Assembly: GCA_050273025.1 (NCBI GenBank)
Contig: CP158635.1
Coordinates: 21,886,001 to 21,950,000 of the forward strand
Source of the DNA: Cenococcum geophilum
Taxonomy: Eukaryota
Reading direction: 5' to 3'
Length of the DNA stretch: 64,000 nt
Program-made: the position numbers and the translations under genes
The notes under the pieces: model-generated
What the model saw: the letters and a program-made list of their open reading frames with translations, nothing else
What the model was told of the DNA's origin: nothing
The model's database searches: none
Shown: positions 12,084 through 27,953 of the stretch, in pieces
How positions within the stretch are numbered: position 1 is the stretch's first letter
How the letters are laid out: each line of letters starts with the position of its first letter

Positions 12084-13648
12084 TTATATCGACCATATCT
12101 TCAAGCTATTTCTAGCAGGTTGAGATGATTGCGATACAATTTTTGATGACTCAGGGCTAGATATCGATGAAGAGCTGGATGATTCCAACGACGCGTTATC
12201 GGGAGTTGACTCTTGTTCAATCTCAGCGTTTTCCGTTTCAGAATCACTTTCATCGGAAGATCCGTCATAGCGTATTCTTGGAATGACGCGTTCTCCAGAA
12301 CACGTAGCTACCAACAAACCTGAAGAGTGAACGATAGTCGACGAAACCGGACCTATCATGACAATATCATTAGCATTCAACCAGTGAAATGTTAAGACTC
12401 GAGCTTACTCTGATGCGCCTCCCACCCGAAATCTGCCTCTATCGCCCCTTCCTTCTCTCCTGGATTCCTCCAAACCCGCGCCACCCCATCTGTCCCACCG
12501 GCCCAAATTTCATGCCCGTCCGCACAGCGCACGACATCCACGTCCAACCGCTGATTTGTATCTGCCTTCCTGCCCTTCAGCCAGCCCAGCAACCTTCCCG
12601 TAACCCGGATGTCGTAAAGCAGTACCACATCACTCTTTCGCTCAGCGACATACAAATACCGTGCGCAGGGGCTCCAGAGAACTTGCGTTACACCACAGCC
12701 GCCAACCTCCTTCATCCCTTGTGCATAGCGGTCTTTGTCATGCGCGACGGAGAACACAGCAATGGGGGTGCCTTGACCTTCGTCGGCATATAACCCTATA
12801 CTCCTCGACAAAGTCCCTGCAGCTAGTGTCCTCTCAGCGCTAATGCTAAGAGCCGAGATGATTCCTTTGATACCGACCCCACCTCCAACAAGCTTATTCC
12901 GCCTCGAAGGGATGGTCTTCTGCTGGGCAACAGGCGCGGAGTGGCTGCGGTATACGTCGAAGAATGATATGAGGCTGTCAGAGCCAGCTATAAAGTGGGT
13001 GCCATCGGAAGTGAAAGCAAGCGAGTGAGGGGCGACGTATCTCTCGGTAGAAGAGACGAGAGGGTAGGCTGCTACGACACTGCTCCTGAAGTCCGAAGAA
13101 GGCGAAGAGCCAGCCGTCGAATTGAACAGGGCGTTAGTTAGACGGATAGGGTGGTCTCGGATACTACTCAGTACAAGAGTTGATTCGGGATTTTGGAGAC
13201 TGTACCCTGGGTATGGTATGAAGGCGTTGATAGGCTCGGGAGAAGCAAAGGATGCGTATGGAGTCAGTGTGTGGGCTTTGTCATTTGAGAGGATATCTTG
13301 TGGTCTATATTAATGGCATGTTAGCCTAAGTATAGAGGGCCAAGAGGAGCTTTCGACGAACACGATGAAGGTTCGGAGGTTATTAGAGGAGTCATTCGTC
13401 AAGATACAAGTTCCGTCTGGTGACCTACCAACAGAGTATTAGGCTAGTTTACAATATTGACTTGTAATATAAGAAAAATGTTACCATTGTGCGCTCCGAA
13501 AGCAGCTTGCCTCAAACTTCCGCGAACGCACTGCGCCATCTTGAGCTTCGCAATTCTCCCCCACATTAATCTTGCTTAGGACTGGATCAGTAGAAGCTAT
13601 GCACTTCGGCTCCGGTATCTGAACGGCCTCAGCCTGCCCATGTTCCAT
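12084..13648 (-). CDS. SWT21: WD40 protein, Swt21 / TCAB1 (WRAP53) family
   Basis: 'FRSAQW|SPDGTCILT', 'SIRDHPIRL.N', 'GVTQVLWSPCARYLYVAERKSD', 'TNQRLDVD', 'ATCSGER'; multiple introns. Confidence 0.8.
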
Positions 13649-13819
13649 AATCGGTATTCGGAGCAACAATCATTGGAATGGACAGCCAAATGAAGTTTGC
13701 TAGAAAGAATTAGTTCACGTTCCTCGGCCATTCATAGGGCTGAGAGAGCTTGGACCGAGCTTCAAAACCCCAAACCAACTTCCTATCCCACTCTGAGTCC
13801 TCAGTCCACTAATCCTACA

Positions 13820-14820
13820 ATGCTAGAACCCTACAGGCCGCCCGCATGGGTCGAATCGCCCTACCTACGCTCCCTAATCGTACGCTCTCCCTACACATCC
13901 TCCCAACTCCTCTTAGCACCCCAAATTGCTCTCCTCCCACCCCACTCACACCTCCGCTAACCCCCGCCCAGGCAGGCGGCCTCGCAGGCACCACCGTCGA
14001 CCTATCCCTCTACCCCCTCGACACGCTAAAAACACGCCTCCAGTCCTCCGCCGGCTTCGCGCGCGCCGGCGGCTTCCGCGGCATCTACGCCGGTGTCGGC
14101 AGCGCGGTCGTCGGATCGGCCCCGGGCGCCGCGCTCTTCTTCATGACCTACGACAGCACGAAGCGGCTGCTGCTGTCGCGGCACAGCATCCGGCACACGG
14201 CGGACGGCACGGCGCACGCGGTGCCCGCGGCTGCGGGCTGGGCGGGCAGCGAGGCCCTCGTGCACATGCTGGCGGCGAGTCTGGGCGAGGTGGCTGCGTG
14301 CGCGGTCAGGGTGCCGACGGAGGTGGTCAAGCAGCGCGCGCAGGCGTCGCAGCATCCGTCGTCGTTGTCGGCGCTGCTGCATATCCTGCGCCAGCGCCAT
14401 GAGAGAGGCTTGATTGGGGTGTGGCGGGGGCTGTATCGCGGGTGGGGTATCACGATAATGCGGGAGGTTCCCTTTACTGTGATCCAGTTTCCGCTCTGGG
14501 AAGCACTGAAGGAATGGAGGCGCCGCAAACAGGGAACTTCGACAATCTCCGCTCTGGAGGGCGGGTTTTTTGGGAGCGTGGCTGGCGCTGTGGCGGCAGG
14601 AGTCACTACGCCGTTGGATGTGTTGAAAACTCGGATGATGCTTGCCGCGGAGAAGCAGAAGATGCTTCCCTTGTTGGAAAGTATACTAAGAGAATCAGGA
14701 CCAAGAGCTTTCTTCGCTGGAATAGGCCCACGGGTGTTTTGGATCAGTGCGGGTGGGGCTATATTCTTGGGGAGTTACCAATGGGCAAGTAATTTACTAG
14801 GAGGGACCGAAGGGTTATGA
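13820..14820 (+). CDS. PET8: Mitochondrial S-adenosylmethionine carrier (Pet8/Sam5)
   Basis: Exon 13820-13879, intron GTACGC..CTAAC..CAG 13880-13971, then 'AGGLAGTTVDLSLYPLDTLKTRLQ', 'VRVPTEVVKQRAQ', 'REVPFTVIQFPLWE', 'TTPLDVLKTRMML'. Confidence 0.93.
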
Positions 14821-15001
14821 AAAGAGTGCAGAAATGCGGCAGTGCACGATGAGAGCGGTATGTAAAAACATTTGTAAAAACAACCCCGCCAAAACGACAA
14901 CATCAGAGAGAGGGTATGTGTAAATTACTATGTACAACTAAATGCATCATAGAACGGCGCTTGGTAGTAATAAATCCACTTCGAACGCATATCCAACGCT
15001 T

Positions 15002-18000
15002 CTAGCTATTTCGACTTAAGCTGCCTGCTTCTGACGACGTTTTGCGTTCGGAGCCGGAGGCGCTAGCAGCTGGAGGCGTAAGGGCACGAGGAGCGTATTT
15101 TATGTCCTTGCGTCCATTTGATTTATAAAACAGGACAACATCCCCACCGCCACGCCAAACGTGCGCGCGGATGCTTGCGAGGGTCATTGTAGGAGATACG
15201 AGCTAGGCATTTGGTTAGATTGAAAATATAGGAAGTATCTTTTGAGAAAACTACCTGATTCTGACAATAAAGCTCGAGGTACTCTTCTGGCTTCAACGCA
15301 TCTGGATCAGGATTTTCAGGTGCTGGCTCAATACGCTCTGCAACATAGTTTAAGATCTTTCGTGCTCTTAGCATGCGATTAGCGTTAAGACGGTTATTGC
15401 TTTGTCCGCTATTAGTATTGACGATCTTTTCAGGGGGTGCTATAAGAGGTATATACCCGTCCGAGGCTATGCTTGGCAAAAGGTTCTGGTACGGTTCAAG
15501 AATGAATGACACCTTAACAATGTCTTTAAAGGTTATAACATTCTAGTAATGTCAGCATGCTCGTCTTTCTGACGCTTCGTTTGTTACTTACCCGCAGCAG
15601 TACATCAGCTAACCACACCGGTGCCACCTTTTCAATCAAATCGGCTTGCTGCCCTAACGAACCGACTTTCCCTTCGAAAAGGTCTGCAACACCGCCAGAG
15701 TCCGGCCGATCTTCTTGAATTAGAATGGTAGTAGCTAACGGGGGCTTCAAAACCGGTGTTTCAGATGGTAGACTAGGTGTAATTGTAGAGGTAAGAACCG
15801 GTGCGCCCTCTTGAACTAGGTCCTCGTAGCCATGTCGGATTTTTTGTATAACGCCAAGGAAATTGTCCTCAACTACCCTATCGTCCGTCTTGGACGATCT
15901 TGAATCGGAATCCTCAGATTTCTCATCCACGGCAACGGGTTTATTGACTTCGGGGCTTGAAGCCTGGCCAAATTTTTTCTTTTTAAAGCTCATATTAAAC
16001 TTTTTAGAAAATAAGGCGTTTCCCTTCTTTGTCTGGTTAGCATTCTCCGGTTCCGAGGGAGAAAGAGGAACAGCATCTTCGGAAGTATCCGCAGATGCTC
16101 CAGGCTTTCCATTTCCATTGGCCGTTAGCGTGATAGGAGGCTGCGGGTGAGGAGTAGCTGAGAAGTAATCTGAAGAGTCCCTCCCTTGACTTTGCTGGGT
16201 CTGCGTTTTTTCCAATTGTGCGCCCTCCTCTGTTGTAGTAGGTAGGGTATTTAGCTGTTGCGTGCCTAGAACTGGTATTGGTAAAGCAGGTGTTGCAAGG
16301 CCAATGGAAAGTCCAGGTGTCATTGCAGGTAAGTGGAAGCCATTACTTGGACGAATTGTGGAGGCCGACGTTGGTCCAGATGAAGCATCCTTCCATCCAT
16401 TCGTATTTGCTTCTGGAATTTGTATACTTGGTGGAGCGCCGGTTCGCTGAAGAGAACCTTTCTTCTCCTGAAGCAACATGTGCCGGAATGCCTCGTCTCT
16501 TTTGATTTCTTTATCAATGAGATTCGAAAAAAGATATCGTAATATCCATTTGCCTAGATTTACTACAAAGATAATTAGAGCTGTGAATAGCCAGAGCGTT
16601 GACTTAAACTGCATATCGGAAGTGCACGAAGAATCATAGAAAGGCATGCTTACTTCGCTGGTCTTCCCGGAACTCAATCTTGTCCTCCAATTGTAACTCA
16701 TCGGCATACATTTCAGCGTCGAAGCAATAGTTCTCTTCGAGCACACAAGTTAGGCTTCCCGTTCTGGTATCAACAGCACACCAATGAGCGACAGTTTCAA
16801 TAGTATTCACTTCGGGCGCCACATCCTCGAGATGGCGTTTACCGAACGACTTGATTGGGGCGCACTGACGGAACTTGTTAGCATGGGAAAAGCAATAAGA
16901 CGTGCATACAAACCTGTAAAAGATCCCACAGCATCACTTCTCCTGCCGTATCAAGAGTCAAAACTCTCCTTCGGTCATTGAGCAAAACATGTTTCATGAG
17001 ACCATTCTGACCCTCAATCGAAAAGTCAGGTAAGCTTCGAAATGGAACTGTCAGTTCAGGGTCAGAATCCACAAAAGCGTCAGACGCTTTTCTCGTGGTT
17101 GTGACAGAGTACACTGTCGAAGCATCTGCATCTTTCGCCGAATATAGTGGAAAGGGAGCTGTATTTGACATGCGCAGAATGCATCTGAAAGGTAGCTTCT
17201 GACTGCTACCATTTATAGTAGGAGGGGGGCTGTTAGACGTTGGGGGTGAGGGATATCTTGTTCGAGTTGTAGCAACACTTGAGCGATGCCATTTATAAGA
17301 CTCAGGAAGCACAATTTCTGCTTCGGTTTCCACGTTGTTCCAGCGATTGATGCTAGAGCTGGACGTTGCTGTCCAAATGTATTCTCCCGCGCTGATAACC
17401 TTGTTTACACCTCCATGTTCTTGGCATACCGCGACGGATAAGCCTTCATCCATTTCCACGCAACCACGAACATCAGTCTTCGCAATGACCCCTGACCGGT
17501 CACTGGAGTAGAAAATTGATAGCTGTGGGTGGTCCGAAAAGAGCGACCAGACGCTGTCGTTGTGCATGGTGAGAGTATACATGCACCTTCCTGCGGTCAT
17601 TGACCAAACCTTAACAGTTTGGTCAGAGGAGGCTGTCATAATTGTGTCTCCATCTTGAGTAATGAGAACATCTCTGACATTATCAGTATGGCCAACGAAC
17701 TTAGTTATGCGCTTTCCTGTTCTCGGGTCCCAAACCCTAACAATGCTCTCGGGCCCACCACTGGCTAGTATGGAGGTCGTAGCAGCTAGCGCGTAGACTG
17801 AGCCTTTAGCAGTGTTCTCATCATCGCCCACAGCGATTTGTAACTTCTGTCCCCCGCCGCTTAGATCCCACAAGCTTATCTTATGATCCAGTCCACCAGA
17901 GGCAACCCAATTTGCATGAGGACCGGGTGAAGCTACGCGCTTGACGTAGTCACTATGTAGGCCGAGGGTCTGTGGGGGGCGAACATCTTCAGCAGCTGGT

Positions 18001-18474
18001 CGCCAGATCTTTACCGTGATATCTGATGATGCTGATATGAGAGCTTCATTGTTTTGCGCGAGCACAATGTCGTTAATCCAGTGCGTGTGTGCTTGGACTT
18101 GTTGTCGAAACTGCGTTGGAGGAGGTTTGTAGTTGGAACTATTAGAGTCTGCGAAAGGATCCTTATCGTCGCGGTCTTTTACATTTAGGTCGAGTCCGAG
18201 GTCCCAGGCGCATATAACGCCGTCTCGTCCACCCGAGTAGCTGATAGAAGTTAATGGAGATCCGGACTGGAGCTGTAGAGAGCGTACAGGATGGAGTTAA
18301 CTGGGTCTACGGCCAATCCATTTACCCCTAGTCGATGACCTCCAGCAGAGTTTGCCAGAGGCAAGACTATCACAAGAAGGAGAGGGTGATTAGTACGAAC
18401 GAGCCATATCAGTATGAACGAAGTAAGGATGGAGACCTACCGTAAGAGATGCGCTTCCGAGCGTTGCGCCCCAT
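15002..18474 (-). CDS. WD40 + DUF3337 protein, WDR48/UAF1/Bun107 family (deubiquitinase cofactor)
   Basis: Start [11 protein letters not shown]; '[10 protein letters not shown]', 'GHTDNVR', '[12 protein letters not shown]', '[11 protein letters not shown]', '[14 protein letters not shown]', '[12 protein letters not shown]'; multi-exon. Confidence 0.9.
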
Positions 18475-19019
18475 GCCCGCCCTCAATCAACGGACTTGCT
18501 TACATGCGGCCGAGGGTACCACGTGATCAAGCTATCTAGAACAACGGGTGGATTCAAAGGCAGCTGGTGATTGTCGCTGTGTCTCTTGTCGAGTCTGCGT
18601 ATTGCGTAACGATGTATGTACCTGCCCACCTGGACCTGCGGCGGCGCAATCGCTAAACTGTTACATTCTGAGCCGAGTGAACGGACTGGGCGCAGATCCC
18701 ACGTGGAAGCCGTTTATCCAGCATTTCGGGTGACGGATGGTCAGCGGAGTATCACTTGACAGCTGCATCACTACTGACGTTTATGTCAACCATTTTCCCA
18801 AATGAAATTGTTACAAAGGAAAACAACGAGGATTATCCCAACATCCCGGCCCCCACTTTCCTTTTATATGCCTGTATTGAAGGGACTGTTATATTCGCCT
18901 CAACTGGGTATTGCTATTTTATGTAGACTATAAATACATTCGTCCCAATGGAAACTGTATATCGGGTCCTAAAGACTCCCAAGTTTCGCTTTCCTTGCCC
19001 CGCAAAATGCGGATATGCT

Positions 19020-21544
<2,525 letters not shown>

Positions 21545-21856
21545 CTAGGAGACTCAGGACTGATAAAGTTGGATGGGAGTTAATTAGACACGTCCTGCGA
21601 GATGGAGGAAGGCAGACTCGCGCGTTGCGATGGTCGTGTGTTGTTCAAGGTTGGCAGTCGCAAGAGATTCAAGGTTCGAAAAAGTTCTTGGCAATGCAGA
21701 TGCGGGAGAGCTACAGTCGCTTCGGAAAAGGACGATCAAATGTCAGAAACCATGATCAAAAACAGAAATTTGCCGAATCCTCACCAGTTTGAACCCTTTT
21801 TCTGTACTCGCGCATGCCACCACCCATCACCTTATTATTACCTTATATTTGAAGCC

Positions 21857-22927
21857 ATGGGTAAACCTACTTGGTTGATTGAACAGAAGTCGATTATACA
21901 AGCTCTAATTAACCTCGGCAACAACAACTTCTATATAGAAGTTAAAACCGGCGTTCCTTAACCTACTCTTCGACGCTAGAGGGTGAATTTAAAGAGATAT
22001 AGCCAGATTAATCCACCAATTAAGGCAAATGGTAGGCCGCTGCTGCTTACGGATAAGGCCCTAGATGTATAACGTTAGGTGTTATTAATGTTAATTTATT
22101 AACGCGTACCTTAGGGCCTTCTTAAATACCTCTTATACAGCCTAAACGCCTATTTTAAAGAGATGCTCTGGTTTCTATATAATAAATATAATATAATAGT
22201 GGCACGGAGTACGCTATCAGCTGGATTAAAGCGAAGGAGATGGAGTAAAAAGGTTATAAAAATAATTATATAATAATGTAACCTAGGCCTAAGAGATAAC
22301 TAGATCGTTTAAATCTATAACTATAGGCGTAATTAGTTTATTTTTGTTAACAAATCGGCTTATAATGAGAAGACAATAGATAGGAAGTACGGGTGGGCAC
22401 CTATTAATAAGCCTACTAAAGGAATATTAGAATTAAAGAGATTTAAAAGATAGAGCTTGCTGCTAGCGTATACCTAGTAGGGCTATATACCTAGTTAGTT
22501 AATATATTAAGGCGCCATTAACGGGTTAATGTTTATTAAGTGGATAAAGAACGAGGTTCTTACTTATATACAGCCTTATCTACAGCCTCGTTTAGTTCTA
22601 GTAATAAATAATACATTAATCTATCGCAATAAGGTACGTGGTAACCATAAAGGATAGGCGCGTTAACGCTGCTGCTTACTTAAACCTAGGAAGTTTAACG
22701 CCTCTATAACGCTGCTAGTGTTAAACTTAAATATCTTCCTCCTTACTTACCCAATTTTAATCTAATTAAGGCTTCTTTTTATGACCTAAAGCAGTGGCTA
22801 CGTACTTATTAATTTAAAGCTAAACTATGGAATAACTTTAGCGACTTTTTAAACCATACGGTAGAGTAATAAGGATTTAATAAAAGGGCAAAAGGTCATT
22901 TCTTACGGGTAGGTATTAAGAAGTAGA
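21857..22927 (+). pseudogene. Tc1-type transposase pseudogene
   Basis: De-RIP motifs FVDES, VMDNASIH and YLPPYSPDFNPIE; D-to-E spacing is 34 after removing an intron (GTACGT ~22634 to TAG ~22689). Confidence 0.85.
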
Positions 22928-23009
22928 TAAAGGGAAGGATAAGGTTTATTATTATATAGAGCGCCTATTAATTAAGACATTAAGTAAGGCCTCTGCTGTA
23001 GTATTATAA

Positions 23010-24658
23010 CGTCGCTAATCTATTCTAAAGTCCTCCAAGTTATCTACCATGCGATTAATAAGCCCGTATGTTAAACTAACCCTATATAGCTTTATATGGC
23101 CTATATTATTATTAAGCAGCGCCTGCTTAAGCATCTTAAAGGTGTAGTACTCGTCAACTAAAATTAACTCTACTTTAGTAAAGGCGTGTATAAAAGCTAG
23201 ATAATGGCTTTGTAGCCATTTAATAAAGGCGCTAAGCTTATTATCTAATTGTTTGATATCGCTACGGGCAGGGCTGCTAGGTAGTAGGCTAGTAGAAGGC
23301 GTATTTAAAAGTAGATAGTAAGGACCGGTGGGCGTTTTAGAGGATAGAGTAGAATCGGATAGAGCGCTCTATAAAGAAGGCACTGAAGGTCTTATATTTA
23401 GTATAGGATCCACTATAAAACAACTGTTGGCGATGGTTAGTAATATAGAAGAAGGCAGTACTGCCTATATAGCACTCTATAACTGTTATAGCGTCTGCTA
23501 GTTCTGCAGCTGGTTCTACTGCTATATTTGGCTCTGCTACTGTATCTAGTTTATCAAAAGCGTTAATGCCGTTAGTAATAGATCGTGTTAAATAGGATTG
23601 GCTGGTGATTATATAACTATAATATAAGCCTCCCGTCGCTGCCGTCGTTAGGGAGGGGAACTTGATTTGTCTGTACTATAAAAGTTACTTTAACGGTGCT
23701 TATAGCTGCCCAAAGACGCCTTTGTATCTTTTTTATCCTCCTTATTCTATAGGTACTTACTATACTTAATCTTTAACAGTAAGGACAGATCTGGTATATT
23801 AACCGTGGCTTTCTTCTATTCTATTACCTCCAACTAGCGCGTTAAGTGGTAAAATAGTATTAGGTAGTGCTTTAAGTCGAATTTAAGATAGTATATAGTA
23901 CCGTGCTTTTTGTTCTTATAGTGCTATTAAAGGCAGCGATGGCGTTTAAGCAGCGCATATAGATGCTTGCCTTTAGCTTTTGTACGTTTACGCCGTTTAG
24001 CAGCCTCTTTCTGCATTTTAGTAGTAGTTGATGCCCTCTTTTTACTAATAGCTTTCTCTACTACACCTTCGTGATCCTCGCCAGAGGACTCTACCTCTTT
24101 ATTAGCCGCTGCTTTAATTGGAATACCTCTTACTTAAAGCGCCGTATTAATAGCCGTAGTAAAATCAGCGTCTTTAGCATTAGCAGACGCGTTAATAGGT
24201 GCAGTAGCGGCCTTATATTTAACTGTAAGATTAACCCTTTATGCCCTCCTTATGTACTTTAACTGTGCCTCTATTATTCCCTCTACTTCGCGCCATTCGT
24301 CTATATTGTTTACCTCTTTAGGTATTATAGGATCCTTCTAATTTAATGACGCAATAATAGCAGTTAAATAATTAAGCTAGAAAAAACGAAGACCGTAATA
24401 TTCGTTAGCTTAATATGTATTTTAGGTAACAAACTTTTGGTATTTAAAGGCTCCGAACGGGATGGCTAGAATATTGCTGAATATCTTTATGGTATCGGCG
24501 TATACGATTATATTTAGAATAAAGGTTTAAGGGTCTTTGGACTATTCTATAATAGTAGAAGGTGGTATAGGTTTGATAGTAAGGTCTACCTCTTTAGGCG
24601 CTTTAGAAGTGTTCTTTACGGTATTCTTAGGTGCTTTGGCTCTCCTCCTATGCGTCAT
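23010..24658 (-). pseudogene. Second, convergent spliced gene inside the Tc1 element (unknown Cys/His-motif protein)
   Basis: GCCATG start at 24658 (MTHRRRAKAPK); intron with GCTAAC branch and TAG acceptor near 24377; de-RIP 'RHRC.QQHC.N....CC.....HY...HHLTRW' at ~23835-23960; Gln-rich tract. 3' end approximate. Confidence 0.55.
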
Positions 24659-24926
24659 GGCGCTAACTAAAATAGGAAATAATATAGGCTTTGAATAGCT
24701 TCAAAAATAGGCGACGGCGATATATTAGCTGGGAGGATGGGTGGTGGCATGCGCGAGTATAGAAAAAGGGTTCAAACAGGTGAGGATTCGGCAAATTTCT
24801 GTTTTTGATCATGGTTTCTGACATTTGATCGTCCTTTTCCGAAGCGACTGTAGCGCTTTTCTGTCGGCGAATTGACGTAGATTATGGAACCTCCATTCTA
24901 ATCAAACTGCACTTATAAATGCGACG

Positions 24927-25456
24927 ATGGCTTCTAGGGGATCACATTCACTTTCCGCCAAGTTTCAATCCTGCTTAAGGCAGCAAGCAAACAGAACGCA
25001 GAAATCAGGACTGCAAAATGTAGTTAACACCCGGTTATCATCTTCAGAAGCCAATTCAAAGCCCTAAACGCCAAAGGGTGAAACGAAAGTATGTCCTCTT
25101 TCATATGATACCTATCTTAAAGGCATCCGCTAGGATCTTGTGACTCCTAACTCGTTTCTCTAAAAAGTTCTGTAATTTGGGTTTTATAGAAGTCCTCCAA
25201 AATGCGTAGACTGTTAGAATGCTTTCGACTCTAAAAGCTAATAATATTTCTAAGTGACACATGTTGATATATATAATAGGAAATAAAACCTACTGAGAAA
25301 CCTCGGAAGAAGACGCAAGTTGAGCTGGATGCAGAACTTCAACTGAAAATGCAAGGTCTTGCTGGGGATGGAGGTGAGGCTGGCGTGGAGCTCGAAGACG
25401 GCCAACCAGTAGCTATGAAACGAAGCGTGCGGGACAACATGTTTCGCTATATATGA
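24927..25456 (+). pseudogene. Small fungal gene (C-terminus ...GDGGEAGVELEDGQPVAMKRSVRDNMFRYI) with in-frame TAA in exon 1
   Basis: Exon 1 24927-25088 (phase 0, donor GTATGT), exon 2 25280-25456; TAA at 25065-25067 lies in frame. Confidence 0.6.
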
Positions 25457-27953
25457 AATGCTGGGGCATATACGAGCTGCGTCAACCTTTTGATGTTACG
25501 AGCCGTCTTGTGCAGCATGTATCCAGTTTGTCAAAGTCATAGACTCCCTACAAATATGCATCTAACGATCACTAATAAGTAGCTAGCCGCCGAATACTAT
25601 TCAATATGCATCCGTGCAGCACTCTGAGCACTCCATAAATGACATTTCCCCGCACTTATGATCGAGATATGAAATGCCGACTCGACATATTGAATACATA
25701 TATGCATCGTTACATTCCATGCTCTTATTTCCCAAGAGCACCCGAAAGAAAGGCTAGTCTATATTTGCCGTAGCCACCTGAAGTACGCCAAAACTCTTTT
25801 AGATACTAGCAACTCATATCTATATTCGATAATAAACATGGATAAGTGTTCCCAAGTTTTCACAAAAAATGAGTGAAGTATATTTTTATTTCACCAATGA
25901 ATATACCTTAAATTTTCATAAAGAATTTTGCAGTAGAATTTCCTTCTACATCTGAGATAGTCCCTCGTGGTCTAGTATTCTCTGTTTGCATAGTCCTTAT
26001 ATACCTTTATTCTCCATTAGAAAACTTCACTGTCTAAAATATTGTATGCTTCGATGACATTCCTTTCTCATTACTTCTTCGGAAAAAGTAGCCGGATGGA
26101 TTACCCAGGCACTTTTCATCAAGCCAAGAAATTGCATCCGCAAGTAACTCTCTACTAGCCGCAATCTTCAAATCAAACCTATAAATATTCTAAAGCGTGC
26201 CCTCCCGGAACTCCGAAGAATCTTTAGAGCTCTAAATGTATACCATTTACCTCAAAGGGATCGTCGATGCCAATTGTTGATATCTTGCTTTCAATTTTCA
26301 CTTCCTTTTTTGAGCCTTTTCTTTCAATTCTAACACGCTGTCCCCCCATTAAGATCTCCCCCGTACCAAAAAATAAAACTCACAAAATCAATTTTGTCGA
26401 AAAAGAAATATATGACTGACGCTTTTCCTAAGTCTCTAGCAAGACTTATCTCACCTAGTAGCATTCCACATTTAATTGAAGCAGATGTTACTCCTATAGC
26501 ATTTTTCCTCCTATCTATCCAGCGAAAGAGTAAGAATGAACCGTTTTTCTAATCGATTTTAATTCCCGCATGTTTATCTAAGGTCTCAAAATCTTGACTA
26601 AGCTCCTATAAACCCAATGGTGACCTCTTAAAAGTGCTTGAGAACTTTTTATCCTCTTCTGTGGCATGTATAACCAGACTTGCTGATAAACAAACCCCGT
26701 TTGCTAGTTTGTTTATTTATTTACTTTGTAATCAAATAACTAATCTATCTCTTCGAACACGTGCATTTTTAGATAATTTTTTGATTGGTGGCTGCGGCTT
26801 AGGGGCCTGCAAATGGCGGGCTTATTTTCTGGCTTTGTAAGCAGTTTTTACTATAAAAGGCAGGAAGAATAGCCCCAAATTTGTAAGCCCATGGTCTAAC
26901 TAGCGAAGGTGCGTACTTATAAGAAGTAGGGCATAAGCTATATATATATCTATAAGGTAAAAAAGCGAATGCTTAGGTAGGTAGGTAAATTAACAGCAGC
27001 TTTAATTAACGAGAACTAGCATATTTGAATTTAATTAAATAATGTTATTACTGCTTAAAGTTCTTAATATAGAGACTTTAAGCCGTGTACTATAGGCACG
27101 TGACTCCCTATAGACCCTATTATCTATCTCTTTAAACACGTATATTTTTAGATAATTTTTTAATTAGTAGCTGCGGCTTAGGGGCCTACAAATAGCGGGC
27201 TTATTTTCTGGCTTTATAAGTAGTTTTTACTATAAAAGGCAGGAAAAATAGCCCCAAATTTATAAGCCTATAGTCTAGGGAGAGTAAAGCGTAACTATAG
27301 CCAAATTAGGAGAAAAATATGTATAGAGAGATATATTTTAGGTATCAGCCTTATATATAAGGCTAAGTTAAAGAGAATACTAGTAAGGCGCCTAGTTAAA
27401 ATCTCTGTAAAAGGCGGAAGGTATTGGCCTATAAGGTTAAGTAATAGAGGTAGAAGGCATCTAACGTCCAGCGGCCTAGACGTTAGATCTCTTTGTCAAA
27501 GAAGCCATAGTCTAGGGCGTATTAGGCTACGCCCCTACGGAAGCTATAACCTATATACTATACGGCTAGAATGCTATAGAGATTTAGCCTTAATTTAAGT
27601 ATCCTCTATACATATAAGGCGGAAAACGCCGCGCCACTAGATGCAGTAAATAGCGGCGTAGAGGAAGCCTGGGGGTCTAAGAGGAAAAGCCTTTATAGCA
27701 CTGCTACGGGGTAAACCGCGTTAAAGGTAGCGGCTACTACAATTTAAACGCCCTGCTTATCCTTATCGGTCTTACTACATTTAAAACAGAAGGTAAGATA
27801 ATCTCTAAAGGGGCTAAACTATACGTCTAAGCGAGTAGCCTTAGTTACAGTAAATAATGGTTTAGACCATTGCTTATTAGTATAGAAGATCTCGCCTATA
27901 TAGAGGCACCCTATAAAGGCAAGGCAGAAAGCGGTATTAGTATTTACCCCTAG

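Larger units (their letters stand above)
21714..24850 (+). mobile_element. Tc1/mariner DNA transposon (DD34E), 3137 bp, RIP-inactivated
   Basis: 115-bp TIRs (21714-21828 / 24736-24850) starting CAGTCGC; TA target duplication at 21712-13 and 24851-52. Confidence 0.95.

Noticed and set aside
25600..26740. Possible degenerate gene between the small gene and the Ngaro
   Set aside because: No sustained frame or motif identifiable by eye.
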